A stretch of 64,000 nucleotides of DNA from positions 18,626-82,625 of the forward strand of contig JAFSRY010000036.1 of NCBI GenBank assembly GCA_017445845.1. The letters run 5' to 3'. The notes below the pieces were generated by a model, which worked only from the letters and a program-made list of their open reading frames with translations, did not search any database and was not told the DNA's origin. Every line of letters begins with the position of its first letter. Within the stretch, counting starts at the first letter, position 1. The DNA comes from Prevotella sp. (GTDB taxonomy: Bacteria; Bacteroidota; Bacteroidia; Bacteroidales; Bacteroidaceae). The translations under genes were made by a program, and so were the position numbers. Below, one piece after another: positions 10,343-20,427 of this stretch.

Positions 10343-11317
10343 CTAATGTTTCACTTTTTTACCATTCACAATCGTGATGCCTTTGTAGCCCTCGTCTACG
10401 CACTGTCCCTGCAGGTTGTAGATGCCAGCCGGTTTCTCGATGTTCACTTTTAGCGTTTCACTGACGATGCCTGTGGTCATTGACTTCAGGTAGTCGAGCA
10501 TGTTTTTGGCAAATGCTTTGAAGTTGCCGTTGTAGTCGCACTGTCCCCAGTCGAAGGCTGCTAATCCGCAAGCGAGCACGGTGCCTTTGTAGGTGGTGGT
10601 GGGCATGAACTCAACGATGCCGGCACAACAGTAGTCGACGACGTGCTGCCAGGTTCCGAGGACGACAGCATTGGTCTTGTCTTCAAAGTCAGCCACCTTG
10701 TTGGGGTTCTCCGTCAGTCCGTAGTCGACAAGGTTCAGGTCCCACATGCAGTTGTGGTCGAACTTATGACCGTCGCCGATGAGGGCAAACGTCGGGTGTC
10801 CATAGGCATCGTTGCTTTCCAGTCCATTGTAGATGGGATGGGTGGTGTAGTCATAGATCTGACCTTCCACGTTGCCGATGACAGGCTGAATACCCCATTC
10901 ATCGGGATTGGCGTCACCATTGCCGCTGCCATAGATGCCCGGAGCATAAGGGCATCGGCCGATAGATACTGCCAACTGAGTGGCATGATTGGTCAAGAGC
11001 AGGTTGCCACCTTGTTCCACATAGTTCTTCAGCACCTTCTGTGCCTTCAGCTTCAGTCCATCGGGCAGGTTGCTGTCGCCAACAGCCATATTTGTCCGAT
11101 CTACCATCACCCACAGCACGTTGTAGTTAGCAGGGGTGAAGTCGTCACTTTCCAGTTGGTCGAGCGTAATCACATCGCCCAGACTGTTGTCCTGGAACCA
11201 GTCGAGTGCCTTCTGCTCCAATGTGCTGGGAGCAGAGAGTTTGAGCATGGCCGTCTTCTGTGCGAAGACCGAGCCCGTGAGCAGCAATGCTGCCATCAAA
11301 GTAAAAAACTTTTTCAT
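10343..11317 (-). CDS. DUF4960-like secreted protein with C-terminal sorting tail
   Basis: Shares GGNLLLTNHATQL, DHNCMWDLN and LGTWQHVVDYCCAGI with 14215..15417; tail YNLQGQ...KGITIVNGKKVKH. Confidence 0.8.
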   Translation of the reverse strand: MKKFFTLMAALLLTGSVFAQKTAMLKLSAPSTLEQKALDWFQDNSLGDVITLDQLESDDFTPANYNVLWVMVDRTNMAVGDSNLPDGLKLKAQKVLKNYVEQGGNLLLTNHATQLAVSIGRCPYAPGIYGSGNGDANPDEWGIQPVIGNVEGQIYDYTTHPIYNGLESNDAYGHPTFALIGDGHKFDHNCMWDLNLVDYGLTENPNKVADFEDKTNAVVLGTWQHVVDYCCAGIVEFMPTTTYKGTVLACGLAAFDWGQCDYNGNFKAFAKNMLDYLKSMTTGIVSETLKVNIEKPAGIYNLQGQCVDEGYKGITIVNGKKVKH

Positions 11318-11435
11318 AATTATAATTTTTTCGGTTGATAAGTCTTTTGGTGTTTGGCAGATTAGCAGATTGGGGATATTACCTTTTCAGGTTGGTATCT
11401 TTCCTAAACGACCAGACGACTATTCTCCTAAACGA

Positions 11436-13793
11436 TTAATGTTTCACTTTTTTACCATTTACTATAGTAATTCCTTTGTAGTTGTTGTCTACACGCTGTC
11501 CCTGCAGGTTATAGAGGTTTGATGCTTGAGCCTTGAGATTTGAAGCTTGAGGTTGGGCGATGGCATTTCCGATGGTGTTGGGGTCGAGGCGCCATGCGTT
11601 GAGCGACTTCACCGAGGTCTCCACCGTTGAGTAGGCGGCCACGTCGATGGCATCGGCATCGGTGGGGAAGAGTCGGACGGAGAAGGCGTAGGTATCGTCG
11701 GCAAAGACGTCAACGACGGAGTGGTCGACAAATACATTCAGTTTGAAGGTCTGCCCGGCACGCACGCGGGTGCTCACCGTACCGGTGTATTTCCCGTTGT
11801 AGTTGCCATCGTTGACGATGCGGTCCATCTGTCCGAGGTCTACGCAGACGGTGTTGCCTGAATAATAGATTTTGGCATATCGATTGCCGTTCTTGAAGAT
11901 TTGGAAGCCCATCTCGCCAGTGTTGACATTCTGAGAGGTTATTTCATATTCAGCCTGCAGTTCGAGCATACGACCCTTTATGCCCGTCAGTTCCTGCGTT
12001 CCGTTCAGCGTGATGTTATTGGTGTTGTAGGCGTCGGTAGCCTGCCTCATGGCCGAAAGCCCGCTGTAGGGACGCTGCACGAGGCCGTTGCCGGTGCTGT
12101 TGAGCTGAATCTCGCGGGGCAGAGAGAAGGTATGAGCCCAACCCATCTTGAAGTTCATGTCCGTCGAGAGGTGGTCGGGAACGATGCCCATGAGCAGCGT
12201 CTTATTGTCCTTTTGGTAGATGGTGGGCGAGAGCAGTCCGTATCCGTCCTTGCTCGTACCGTTCATCTCCAGTTGCTGCGGTGTGGCAGTGTCGGGCTTA
12301 AACTTGCCGTCGCCGTCGATGGTGCCAATCCAGTAGAGCGTGCGGACACCCATGTTCGTATTCATCGGTGTGCAGGTGAAGAGCCACTTGCTGTCTGAGA
12401 GGGCTGTGATGGTAGGCATTTCCCAGAATGTACCGTGCTGACTGGCAGAGGTGCCCTGGAAGAAAATGGTGCCGTCGTTAGTCCACGAGCCGTTCACCTG
12501 TCGGTGCAGCGTGCAGGCACCGATGCCGTTCTTACTTGTTCCCACGATGATATATCTATTGCCGCCAGCCTCGAAGTAGTAGGGGTCGCGGAAGTCGTCA
12601 GAGAGACCGGTGGGACGACCGTTGATGACGATGCCCTGCTTTGTCCAGTCGTTCAGTTCCTTGTCGTCAGCCTTTGCCTGGGCGATGGTGGCCCTGCCGT
12701 TGTCGACAGCCGTATATAATATATAAGGTGTACCGTCGGCTTCATAGACACATCCGCTCCAGCAACCTTTCAGGTCGTAGCCTTCCGAGGGTACGAGGGC
12801 GATAGGCTCTTCGTGCCACTGACAGAGGTCGCTGCTCGAGATATGCCCCCAGTGCAGACGTGCCTGATAGGGTCCGTTGGGGTTTTTCTGGAAGAAAACA
12901 TGGTAGCGGCCGTCGCTATAGATCATGCCGTGGCTCTCGTTGGTCCACGACCCCGAGGGCATACCGTGGAACAGCGGACGCCACAGACCATTTTGACCAT
13001 TGGTGTCGACGCTGTAGCGCGACGGCGGATAGTTGAAATCGGCACGGGGCAGCTCCCCTTCCGACGGAGTCGGTGTGATGCATTCGTTGTAGAAAGCAAT
13101 GTCGTCGATGAGTCCGCAGAAGGTGTTGATGAGGAAGGGGCCGAACCGCTTCTCGCTGGCATCCTTACCGATGAGGAAGTCACCGTCAGAATGTATGATG
13201 TCGGCCCGGCTCATACGTCCCGTTCCGATGCTTTCGCCGTTGAGGTAGAGGATAGCGGCGTTTTTTGCCTTGTCGAATACGACGCTGACGGTGTTCCATC
13301 GGCCGCACGGCAGTTTCTTATTGCCGTTGACGGTGTAGAGGAAACCGTTGGCATAGGCAGAGGCAAAGCGCAGGCGCAGGTCGCCCTGTGACGACAGCTC
13401 CAGTGCCAGTCCTTTCTTTCCTGCTTCGTCGAGGTTTCCGCAGATGGTGGCAAAGGTGGGCGTGGTTTCGGCCTCGCCGACATTCATCATGGGATAGCTC
13501 TCGGCAGCCAGCACCACTTTGAGTGTCAGCGCCGAAGTGCTCAGTGAGGCAGCAGGCAGTCCTGCCTCTACATAATTAGAATAGCCGTCGAAGCGCAGAG
13601 CTTCGCCATCGAGGCCCCGACCCGTGACGGGCGGCAGTTGTGAATGCACGGCATAGCGTGTGTTCGTTACGGTTTCGCTTATCATTCCGTCAGTTGTCAG
13701 CGACATGTCGAAGTGTGCCGCCGTCTGCTGAGCAGCGATTCCGAGGCTTTGGGTGGCCAAGAGCGAAACGAGCATTAGGTTTCTGAATTTCAT
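11436..13793 (-). CDS. Secreted GH32 with N-terminal LamG/ConA domain and sorting tail
   Basis: WTNESHG, FRDP, FWEMP; LamG-like FDG...LYLNGE...F.GLIDDI. Likely start MKFRNL at 13793, downstream of the promoter at 13826. Confidence 0.88.
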   Translation of the reverse strand: MKFRNLMLVSLLATQSLGIAAQQTAAHFDMSLTTDGMISETVTNTRYAVHSQLPPVTGRGLDGEALRFDGYSNYVEAGLPAASLSTSALTLKVVLAAESYPMMNVGEAETTPTFATICGNLDEAGKKGLALELSSQGDLRLRFASAYANGFLYTVNGNKKLPCGRWNTVSVVFDKAKNAAILYLNGESIGTGRMSRADIIHSDGDFLIGKDASEKRFGPFLINTFCGLIDDIAFYNECITPTPSEGELPRADFNYPPSRYSVDTNGQNGLWRPLFHGMPSGSWTNESHGMIYSDGRYHVFFQKNPNGPYQARLHWGHISSSDLCQWHEEPIALVPSEGYDLKGCWSGCVYEADGTPYILYTAVDNGRATIAQAKADDKELNDWTKQGIVINGRPTGLSDDFRDPYYFEAGGNRYIIVGTSKNGIGACTLHRQVNGSWTNDGTIFFQGTSASQHGTFWEMPTITALSDSKWLFTCTPMNTNMGVRTLYWIGTIDGDGKFKPDTATPQQLEMNGTSKDGYGLLSPTIYQKDNKTLLMGIVPDHLSTDMNFKMGWAHTFSLPREIQLNSTGNGLVQRPYSGLSAMRQATDAYNTNNITLNGTQELTGIKGRMLELQAEYEITSQNVNTGEMGFQIFKNGNRYAKIYYSGNTVCVDLGQMDRIVNDGNYNGKYTGTVSTRVRAGQTFKLNVFVDHSVVDVFADDTYAFSVRLFPTDADAIDVAAYSTVETSVKSLNAWRLDPNTIGNAIAQPQASNLKAQASNLYNLQGQRVDNNYKGITIVNGKKVKH

Positions 13794-14041
13794 ATTACTA
13801 TTCGGTTTTGGTTTGTTACTCGCTGCAAAATTAGTTTTATTTCTCATCATACAATTTAATAATTGTTTCTTCGCCTTATAAAAATCGTTCAATGTAACAA
13901 TAATGCTTTTAAATGTAGCGAATCTTATGACCGTTGGCAGCCATTAGAAAGGCTGGTTGTGTGAGGCGTGACATGCGAATGGCAATCGGTCTGCAGTGGG
14001 TTTGTCTTTTCCGACAGCGTCCTTCATTTTTGGTAATGGTG

Positions 14042-14127
14042 TTATCAACCATTGTTAACAGTATTATCAACCATTGTTAACAGCATTATCAACCATTGTT
14101 AACAGCATTATCAACCATTGTTAACAG
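14042..14127. repeat. 22-bp tandem repeat x4
   Basis: Unit ttatcaaccattgttaacag(c/t)a. Confidence 0.9.
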
Positions 14128-14154
14128 GTGTACCAGTTGGCGACGAGGTAAATG

Positions 14155-14192
14155 AAAAAGAGGAGCGAGGTCACGACAGACCTCACTCCTCT
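14155..14192 (-). terminator. Rho-independent terminator
   Basis: Stem gaggagcgaggtc / gacctcactcctc with an A-run on the left (U-tail on minus). Confidence 0.65.
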
Positions 14193-14214
14193 CGAAACAT
14201 AGTAACAAACCCAT

Positions 14215-15417
14215 TTATTTCAAATAGTTTATGCAGTTACTGGTGAAACGTTCCAACTGGTCTTGGTAGGCATTGGTGCCTTGGATGTCCCACTCGTAGG
14301 ACGCCAGTCCGACGGCTACGATGCGTGCCGGGAACGTGGTGGTGGGTTCGAAGTCGATGATGCCTGCGCAGCAGTAGTCAATGACATGGTTCCATGTGCC
14401 AAGCACTGTAGAGTTGGTGGTTTCCTCCCAAGTCTTCACGACGTTGGGATTGGGCACCAGACCGTAGGCATTGAGGTCCCACATGCAGTTGTGGTCACCC
14501 TTCACGCCGCTGCCCTCGAAGCAGTAGATGCTGCGCTCATAGAAGCCAGGCGTGAAGTCCATGCCTTCGTAGATGGGATGCTGTGAGTGGTCGTAGATCT
14601 GACCTTCCGCATTGCCGATGATGGGCTGCGAACCCCACACATCATCATTTTGTCCGCCGGGGCCACTGCCGAAGATGCCGGGAGCATAGGCCTCCGGAAT
14701 ACGTCCCAGAGGCACTGTGAGCTGTGTGGCATGATTGGTCAGGAACAGGTTGCCGCCGTCACCTGCGAAGGCTTTCAGGGCCTCGATGGTTTCGAGGTCG
14801 GCGAGTCCTCCAGGCAGATTCTGCCAGCCCCTCTCAACGCCGATACGGTCGCACATCACCCAGCACACACCCTGTTCCTCGATGTCGAGGTCGTCGATGG
14901 TGGCTGGTGTGACGACGATGCCGTCGGCAGCATAGTTCTGGCGGAACCAGGCAACGGCAGCCTTTTCGTCGTCGCTCTGCTCATAGTCGTCGGCTACGAG
15001 CAGGGCAATCTTCGACCCCTTGTGGAGCACATAGTCGAGATGGAAGCGAACGGTCTGTCCTTCGCTGACACGTCCGTCGTTGTAACGGGCTTTCACGGTG
15101 TAGGCAACGTCGACGTTGGCGGGAGCTTTCTTGATGAAGTAGCTGTTGATAATCTCATCGATGTTGGTGATGTCGGTGTTGTCCTTGATGATCTGGATGC
15201 CGCTCAGCCCTTCGGCCGTCGGGTTGGTCCACTGCAGCGTCACCTTGCGGCTGTTGTTGGTATAGTCGGCCTTGAGGTTGCTCACGGCTTCAGAGCGCAC
15301 AGCCTCCTCATATTCGACATCGGAGCAGGAGGTGGCTAAAGGTAAAAGGGTTAAAAGGTAAAAGGGGAAAGCCGCTTTCGCCAAGTTCCTTACCTTACTA
15401 TATATTGTTGTTTTCAT
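14215..15417 (-). CDS. PUL surface lipoprotein, DUF4960-like (SusE position)
   Basis: Lipobox LATSC, FN3-like N-terminal domain, directly downstream of susD. Confidence 0.8.
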   Translation of the reverse strand: MKTTIYSKVRNLAKAAFPFYLLTLLPLATSCSDVEYEEAVRSEAVSNLKADYTNNSRKVTLQWTNPTAEGLSGIQIIKDNTDITNIDEIINSYFIKKAPANVDVAYTVKARYNDGRVSEGQTVRFHLDYVLHKGSKIALLVADDYEQSDDEKAAVAWFRQNYAADGIVVTPATIDDLDIEEQGVCWVMCDRIGVERGWQNLPGGLADLETIEALKAFAGDGGNLFLTNHATQLTVPLGRIPEAYAPGIFGSGPGGQNDDVWGSQPIIGNAEGQIYDHSQHPIYEGMDFTPGFYERSIYCFEGSGVKGDHNCMWDLNAYGLVPNPNVVKTWEETTNSTVLGTWNHVIDYCCAGIIDFEPTTTFPARIVAVGLASYEWDIQGTNAYQDQLERFTSNCINYLK

Positions 15418-15449
15418 AATAATCAATTGTTAATTATCTATTTTCAATT

Positions 15450-17165
15450 TTAATATTGCTTATAGAGTCCGTTGGAGTTGTCTATTTCCTCAAGCGGCAC
15501 GGGCAGGAAAATCTCGTTGGCCGAGATGCTGCGTCCCTGATAGTAGGGGCGGAGGGCAGACTCCTGCTGCATGTAGGTGTTGATGGTGTTGAGGAGATAG
15601 TCGTCACCCCAGCGCACAAGGTCGAACCAGCGGTTGCCTTCCAGTGCGAGCTCAAGGCGGCGTTCCATCCGCAGGGCCATGCGGGCATATTCCTTTGTCC
15701 AAAGCAGGTTGCCGTCGCCGTCGGTAGGATAGAGCTCAACGTAATAGTCGGCCTTGCCTGGGTCGAGGTCGATGGGCATATAGCTTCCGTCGATGCTGTT
15801 TTGGGCACGCTGGCGCACCTGGTTGATGAGCTGACGGGCTTCCACCAGACCGTTGTCGGTAGCGGCATTGCTGCCCGTTGCCGTCTCGATGAGTGCTTCG
15901 GCCTTCAGCAGCAGAATGTCGGCATAGCGAATGAACATGAAATTGAGCGAGTTGCAACCCCAAGGCCACGATGCAAGAGCCTCTTCGGGAGCCGGCCAAG
16001 CCTTCTTGTTGGAGTATTCTCCGTAGGTGTCGTAGGCACGGCACCAGCCTTCCGTGTAGGTATATCCGCGCCAAGGCAGACCGATGCGTCCGACGGTGAA
16101 GTCGAGGCGTGGGTCGAGGGTGCCGTCGTAGAACTCAGTGACGTTGACATCGTTGAACGAGCCGTCGAGCAGGGGCAGACCTGATACAGGGTCTGTGCGG
16201 AAGGCGTTGACGAGGTTCTGCGAGCCATAGAAGAAGTCGTCGCCCGTTCCGTAGAGGTTTCCGTCGGAATAAGTGCAGTTGAGCAGATTCGACCAGTTGA
16301 TGTGCGCATTGTCGTTGGCGGTTGACGTCTGCAGGGCGAAGATACTCTCTGAACCGTTGTTATGGTCAATCTTCGAGAGGTCGCCGAAGTTGGCATAGAG
16401 ACTGTATTGTCCGCTGCTGATGACGGCACCGGCATTGTCGTTCACACCCTGCCAGTCGCCAGTGAAGGCGCAGACCTTTGCCAGAATGGCCTGGGCAGTG
16501 GTCTTGGTAATGCGTCCTGCAGCACTCTTCTGGGCGGGCAGCACACCGATGGCCTCGGTGAGGTCGCGCTTGATGAACGAGAAGATGTCCTCGCGTGAAA
16601 ATTCGTCATTGGCCTTTTCGCTGGCATTCTCGCTCTCGGTGAAGTAGGGAATGCGGTTGAAAATGCGGATGAGGTCGAAGTAGTACCAGGCGCGTAAGGT
16701 CTTCAGCTCGCCCATCAGTTCATCGGCATTGGCGATGCCGTTGGCAGCCTGAACAGCCAGCATGGCATTGTGGACACGCGAGATGGCGAAGAAGTTGTTC
16801 TGCCATTTATTCTTGCAACTGATGTTGTCGCTGTTGATTTCACTCACCTCCAACAGGTGAATGTTCTCTTCCATACCCGTGCCGCCACCGCCTTTATAGG
16901 CGTCGTCGGAGCGGACATCGAAAATCCAGTTTGTTGACGGGCCGGCAAAAGCCTCGTTGTTGCCAAAGAAGTGGGCCTCAAGACCTGCGTAAGCTGAAGC
17001 CATCAGCCCCTCCACGGATTGCTCGTCGAGTTGCTCGGCGGTAAACTGTCCCTGAGGAACGGTATCGAGCATGTCGCTGCAGGAAGAGAGAAGCCCCCCT
17101 CCGACTCCCCCGAGGGAGAGAGCAGTTAGCATGTATAATGCGTAGTTAAATATATTATTTTTCAT
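15450..17165 (-). CDS. susD: SusD/RagB family lipoprotein
   Basis: Lipobox LSSC; IRYADILLLKAEA and ERRLELALEGNRWFDLVRWG. Confidence 0.95.
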   Translation of the reverse strand: MKNNIFNYALYMLTALSLGGVGGGLLSSCSDMLDTVPQGQFTAEQLDEQSVEGLMASAYAGLEAHFFGNNEAFAGPSTNWIFDVRSDDAYKGGGGTGMEENIHLLEVSEINSDNISCKNKWQNNFFAISRVHNAMLAVQAANGIANADELMGELKTLRAWYYFDLIRIFNRIPYFTESENASEKANDEFSREDIFSFIKRDLTEAIGVLPAQKSAAGRITKTTAQAILAKVCAFTGDWQGVNDNAGAVISSGQYSLYANFGDLSKIDHNNGSESIFALQTSTANDNAHINWSNLLNCTYSDGNLYGTGDDFFYGSQNLVNAFRTDPVSGLPLLDGSFNDVNVTEFYDGTLDPRLDFTVGRIGLPWRGYTYTEGWCRAYDTYGEYSNKKAWPAPEEALASWPWGCNSLNFMFIRYADILLLKAEALIETATGSNAATDNGLVEARQLINQVRQRAQNSIDGSYMPIDLDPGKADYYVELYPTDGDGNLLWTKEYARMALRMERRLELALEGNRWFDLVRWGDDYLLNTINTYMQQESALRPYYQGRSISANEIFLPVPLEEIDNSNGLYKQY

Positions 17166-17212
17166 ATTTATCTTTATGCTTTGATTATGTATAGTTTGGT
17201 TAGGGTGAGGGC

Positions 17213-20200
17213 CTAAAAGGTTACGTTAAGACCTACGGAGAAGGTGCGTGCACGCGGATATGGTCCGTTGTCGATGCGGGCACCATAGACACCCAGGGGC
17301 ACTTCGGGGTCGAGGCCTTTATAGCCCGTCAGCGTGAAGACATTCTCCAACTGTCCGTAGAGGTTCAGAGCGTTGATGCCGACAGTCTTCATCCAGTTCT
17401 GGTCGAATCGGTAAGAGAGTTTAATGTACTTGCACTTCAGGTAGGAACCGTCTTCAATGAAGTAGGTTGACATACGGGTTTCGTTGTTGTCGTCGACGGT
17501 GGTCAGGGCAGGAATGGTGGCACCCGTATTCTGAGGTGTCCAGGCATCCAGCACGTCTTTGCCTCGGTTGGTGTAGAGGTTGCCGTAGGTCATGAACTCC
17601 AGCTGTTTGCGAGTACCGTTGTAGATGTCGAAGCCGAACTCGCCGGAGAAGAACGTCGACAGCGTCCAGTTCTTGTAGTTGGCAGTCAGCGTCAGACCCA
17701 TACCGAAGTCGGGATTGGGATCGCCGATGATGCAGCGGTCTTCTTCGTTGACGACACCATTGCCGTCAATGTCGCGATAGATGAGGCGGCCGATGCCCTT
17801 GCCTTCCTGAAGGGCGTGGTTCGACACTTGGTCGGCATCCTGGAAGATGCCGTCGTTGACGTAGCCGTAGTAGACACCCATCGGCTGGCCTTCGATGAGC
17901 CGGAAGTCGCCGCCGATGATGCTCACTTCGTCATTGAGCTTCACCAGTTCGTTGCGATACATTGAGAAGTTCAGGTTGCCGTCCCACGAGAAGTCACCGT
18001 ACTGGGGCGAGTGGTAGGCGAGGTTCAGTTCGAAACCATGGTTCTTCATCTCACCCGTATTCATGAACTTGGCCGCATTCTCACCAGCTACGGAGAGCAC
18101 AGGCGGAATAGTAATCATGTCCTTCGTGTTCTTCCAGTAGTAGTCGAGGCCGAGGCTCACGGCACCGTCGAAGAGATAGGCATCGATACCGAGGTTGGTC
18201 TGCGTGGTAGTTTCCCATTTAAGGTTGGGGTTACCGGTCGTGGCCACCTTGATGCCGCTGATGACGCTGGTGCCTGTTCCGTTGAGGTCGTAGGCTCCGT
18301 TGCCGAGGTCATACATATAGGTAGAGAAGGCGGCGTAGTTGTTGCTGATGGCGGAGTTACCGTTCTGTCCCCATGCGGCACGCACCTTCACATTGTCGAT
18401 GACATTGTTTTTCACCCAGAACTTCTCCTCGCTCAGACGCCATGCAGCAGAGAAAGCGGGGAAGACTCCTGAATTGTGGTCTTTATGCAGGCGCGAGGTC
18501 TGGTCGCGGCGCAGGGTGGCCGAGAAGAGGTAGCGGTCGGCATAGTTGTAGTCTACCTTGCCGAAGAGCGAGAACAGAGCCCACTCTTGTTTGCCGCCGC
18601 CATTGGTCATGGTGCCTGAACCGGAGCCAATCTGCATGTAGTCAGCATCCTCGAAGGCATAATTCTTGCGCATGGCCGAGAGGTCTTCGAAGACATATTT
18701 GATAGCTTCGGTACCGGCAAGCACCGTGAAGTGGTGGAGGGCACCGAGGTCGAAGAGATAGTTGGCGGTGTTAGTCCACGTCCAGGTGTCACCTTGTCCG
18801 TAGCCGCTGCTGACGGCGCGGTTGGCAGGGTCGTCGGTAGGACGGACGTTGCGCGTGAGGTTCTTGTTGAAGAACTGCAGGTGCTCGACACCGATGTTGC
18901 TCTTCAGCGTGAGACCCTTGATGGGCATGATGTCGATGTAGGCATTGCCGAAGATGCGCCACGATGAGTTCTGGTTGTCGCGGGCGTTATAGAGCGTCTG
19001 CACGGGGTTTTCAATATCGGAACCCAGCATGGCGACGGGGTCGGCAAAGGTGCTGGCAGCTGAATAGACGGGGATGGCGGGATGCTGGCGCATGGCGGTA
19101 TAGGGAATGCCACGGTCGCCGTTGGTATCGGCTCCACGATTGTCCCACTTGGCAATCATCAGGTTCTCGCCCACGCGTATGTACTTATTAAAGTTATAAG
19201 TGGAGTTGATGCGGGCTGACAGCCGCTTGTAGAATGTCTGGTCCATCAGGCCGTTCTGGTTGATGTAGTTGGCCGACATCATGTAGCTGCCCTTCTCAGA
19301 AGCATTGGAGATGCTGGCAGAGAGGTTCTGCGTCCAGGCGGCGCTGTATACTTCTTTCTGCCAGTCGGTGTCGGCGGTATTGACACCATTGACGGTCTGG
19401 ACAAGTTGGGGTGTGGTGCCGTTGCCATAGAGCGATTGGGCTGCTGTCGGTGCGATGCCGTTGTTGGCACAGGCTTGCCAGTAGGCTTGTCCCCACTGGT
19501 TGGCAGTGAGCATCTGATAGGACTTTGCAACCGTCTGCAAGGCTGCGTTGTAGTTCAGGTTAATGGCCATCTTGCCGTCCTTGCCTTTCTTCGTGGTGAT
19601 GATGATGACACCGTTGGCGGCACGGCTACCATAGATAGAGGCTGACGAGGCATCCTTCAGCACCTGAATGGACTCGATGTCGGCGGCATTCAGTGAGTTC
19701 AGGTTTTCGTTCGTGGCAACGCCGTCGATGACATAGAGCGGGTCGCAGGCATTCACCGTGCTCATACCACGCACTCGGATGGTCGAGCTGCCACCGCCAG
19801 GGGCTGCATCGGTCACGATGTCCACACCGGCCAGTTTGCCCTGCATGGAGTTGAGCATGTTAGGGTCGCTCTCGCTGATGGGACCCTTCATGTCCATCAC
19901 GGCAACGGCTCCTGTGAGGTCGGCCTTGCGCTGGACCTGATAACCGGTTACGACAACTTCGCTGAGTTCCTTCACGTTGTCGTTCATCACAACGTTCATC
20001 ACAGCTTCTGCTTTCAGCTCCAGCTGTTCGAAACCAATGTAGCTGAAAACAAGTGTGGCACCATTGGCCACCTTCAAGGTGAAGTTACCGTCGAAATCGG
20101 TTACGGCAGCGTTGGTCGTACCTTTCTCGATAACGGTAGCTCCGATGATGGTCTCACCCGTAGGATCGACCACGGTTCCCCTGACTTCCATCTGGGCATA

Positions 20201-20260
20201 CGTCAGTGTGCTCACTAACAGAAGGCAGGCAGAAAGAAACAATTTCCTTAGTTGTTCCAT
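17213..20260 (-). CDS. susC: SusC/RagA TonB-dependent transporter
   Basis: VLKDASSASIYGSRAANGVIIITTK, NPNLKWETT, C-terminal F. Confidence 0.97.
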   Translation of the reverse strand: MEQLRKLFLSACLLLVSTLTYAQMEVRGTVVDPTGETIIGATVIEKGTTNAAVTDFDGNFTLKVANGATLVFSYIGFEQLELKAEAVMNVVMNDNVKELSEVVVTGYQVQRKADLTGAVAVMDMKGPISESDPNMLNSMQGKLAGVDIVTDAAPGGGSSTIRVRGMSTVNACDPLYVIDGVATNENLNSLNAADIESIQVLKDASSASIYGSRAANGVIIITTKKGKDGKMAINLNYNAALQTVAKSYQMLTANQWGQAYWQACANNGIAPTAAQSLYGNGTTPQLVQTVNGVNTADTDWQKEVYSAAWTQNLSASISNASEKGSYMMSANYINQNGLMDQTFYKRLSARINSTYNFNKYIRVGENLMIAKWDNRGADTNGDRGIPYTAMRQHPAIPVYSAASTFADPVAMLGSDIENPVQTLYNARDNQNSSWRIFGNAYIDIMPIKGLTLKSNIGVEHLQFFNKNLTRNVRPTDDPANRAVSSGYGQGDTWTWTNTANYLFDLGALHHFTVLAGTEAIKYVFEDLSAMRKNYAFEDADYMQIGSGSGTMTNGGGKQEWALFSLFGKVDYNYADRYLFSATLRRDQTSRLHKDHNSGVFPAFSAAWRLSEEKFWVKNNVIDNVKVRAAWGQNGNSAISNNYAAFSTYMYDLGNGAYDLNGTGTSVISGIKVATTGNPNLKWETTTQTNLGIDAYLFDGAVSLGLDYYWKNTKDMITIPPVLSVAGENAAKFMNTGEMKNHGFELNLAYHSPQYGDFSWDGNLNFSMYRNELVKLNDEVSIIGGDFRLIEGQPMGVYYGYVNDGIFQDADQVSNHALQEGKGIGRLIYRDIDGNGVVNEEDRCIIGDPNPDFGMGLTLTANYKNWTLSTFFSGEFGFDIYNGTRKQLEFMTYGNLYTNRGKDVLDAWTPQNTGATIPALTTVDDNNETRMSTYFIEDGSYLKCKYIKLSYRFDQNWMKTVGINALNLYGQLENVFTLTGYKGLDPEVPLGVYGARIDNGPYPRARTFSVGLNVTF

Positions 20261-20343
20261 TAATCTTTCTTTTTTAAGGGTTAGTACTAATTGTTTTCAA
20301 AAAATCTGGCGCAAAGTTACCTCCTAATTGTCTTACAGGCATA

Positions 20344-20411
20344 AAATAATCGTTCATCGTGCCCGAAAAATGTTTCATGTAACATTTTTCGGGCACGATG
20401 AACGATTATTT
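20344..20411. promoter_or_regulatory. Perfect 31-bp inverted repeat overlapping the candidate operator upstream of susC
   Basis: aaataatcgttcatcgtgcccgaaaaatgtt-tcatgt-aacatttttcgggcacgatgaacgattattt. Confidence 0.75.
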
Positions 20412-20427
20412 GAATGGAACCAAACGG

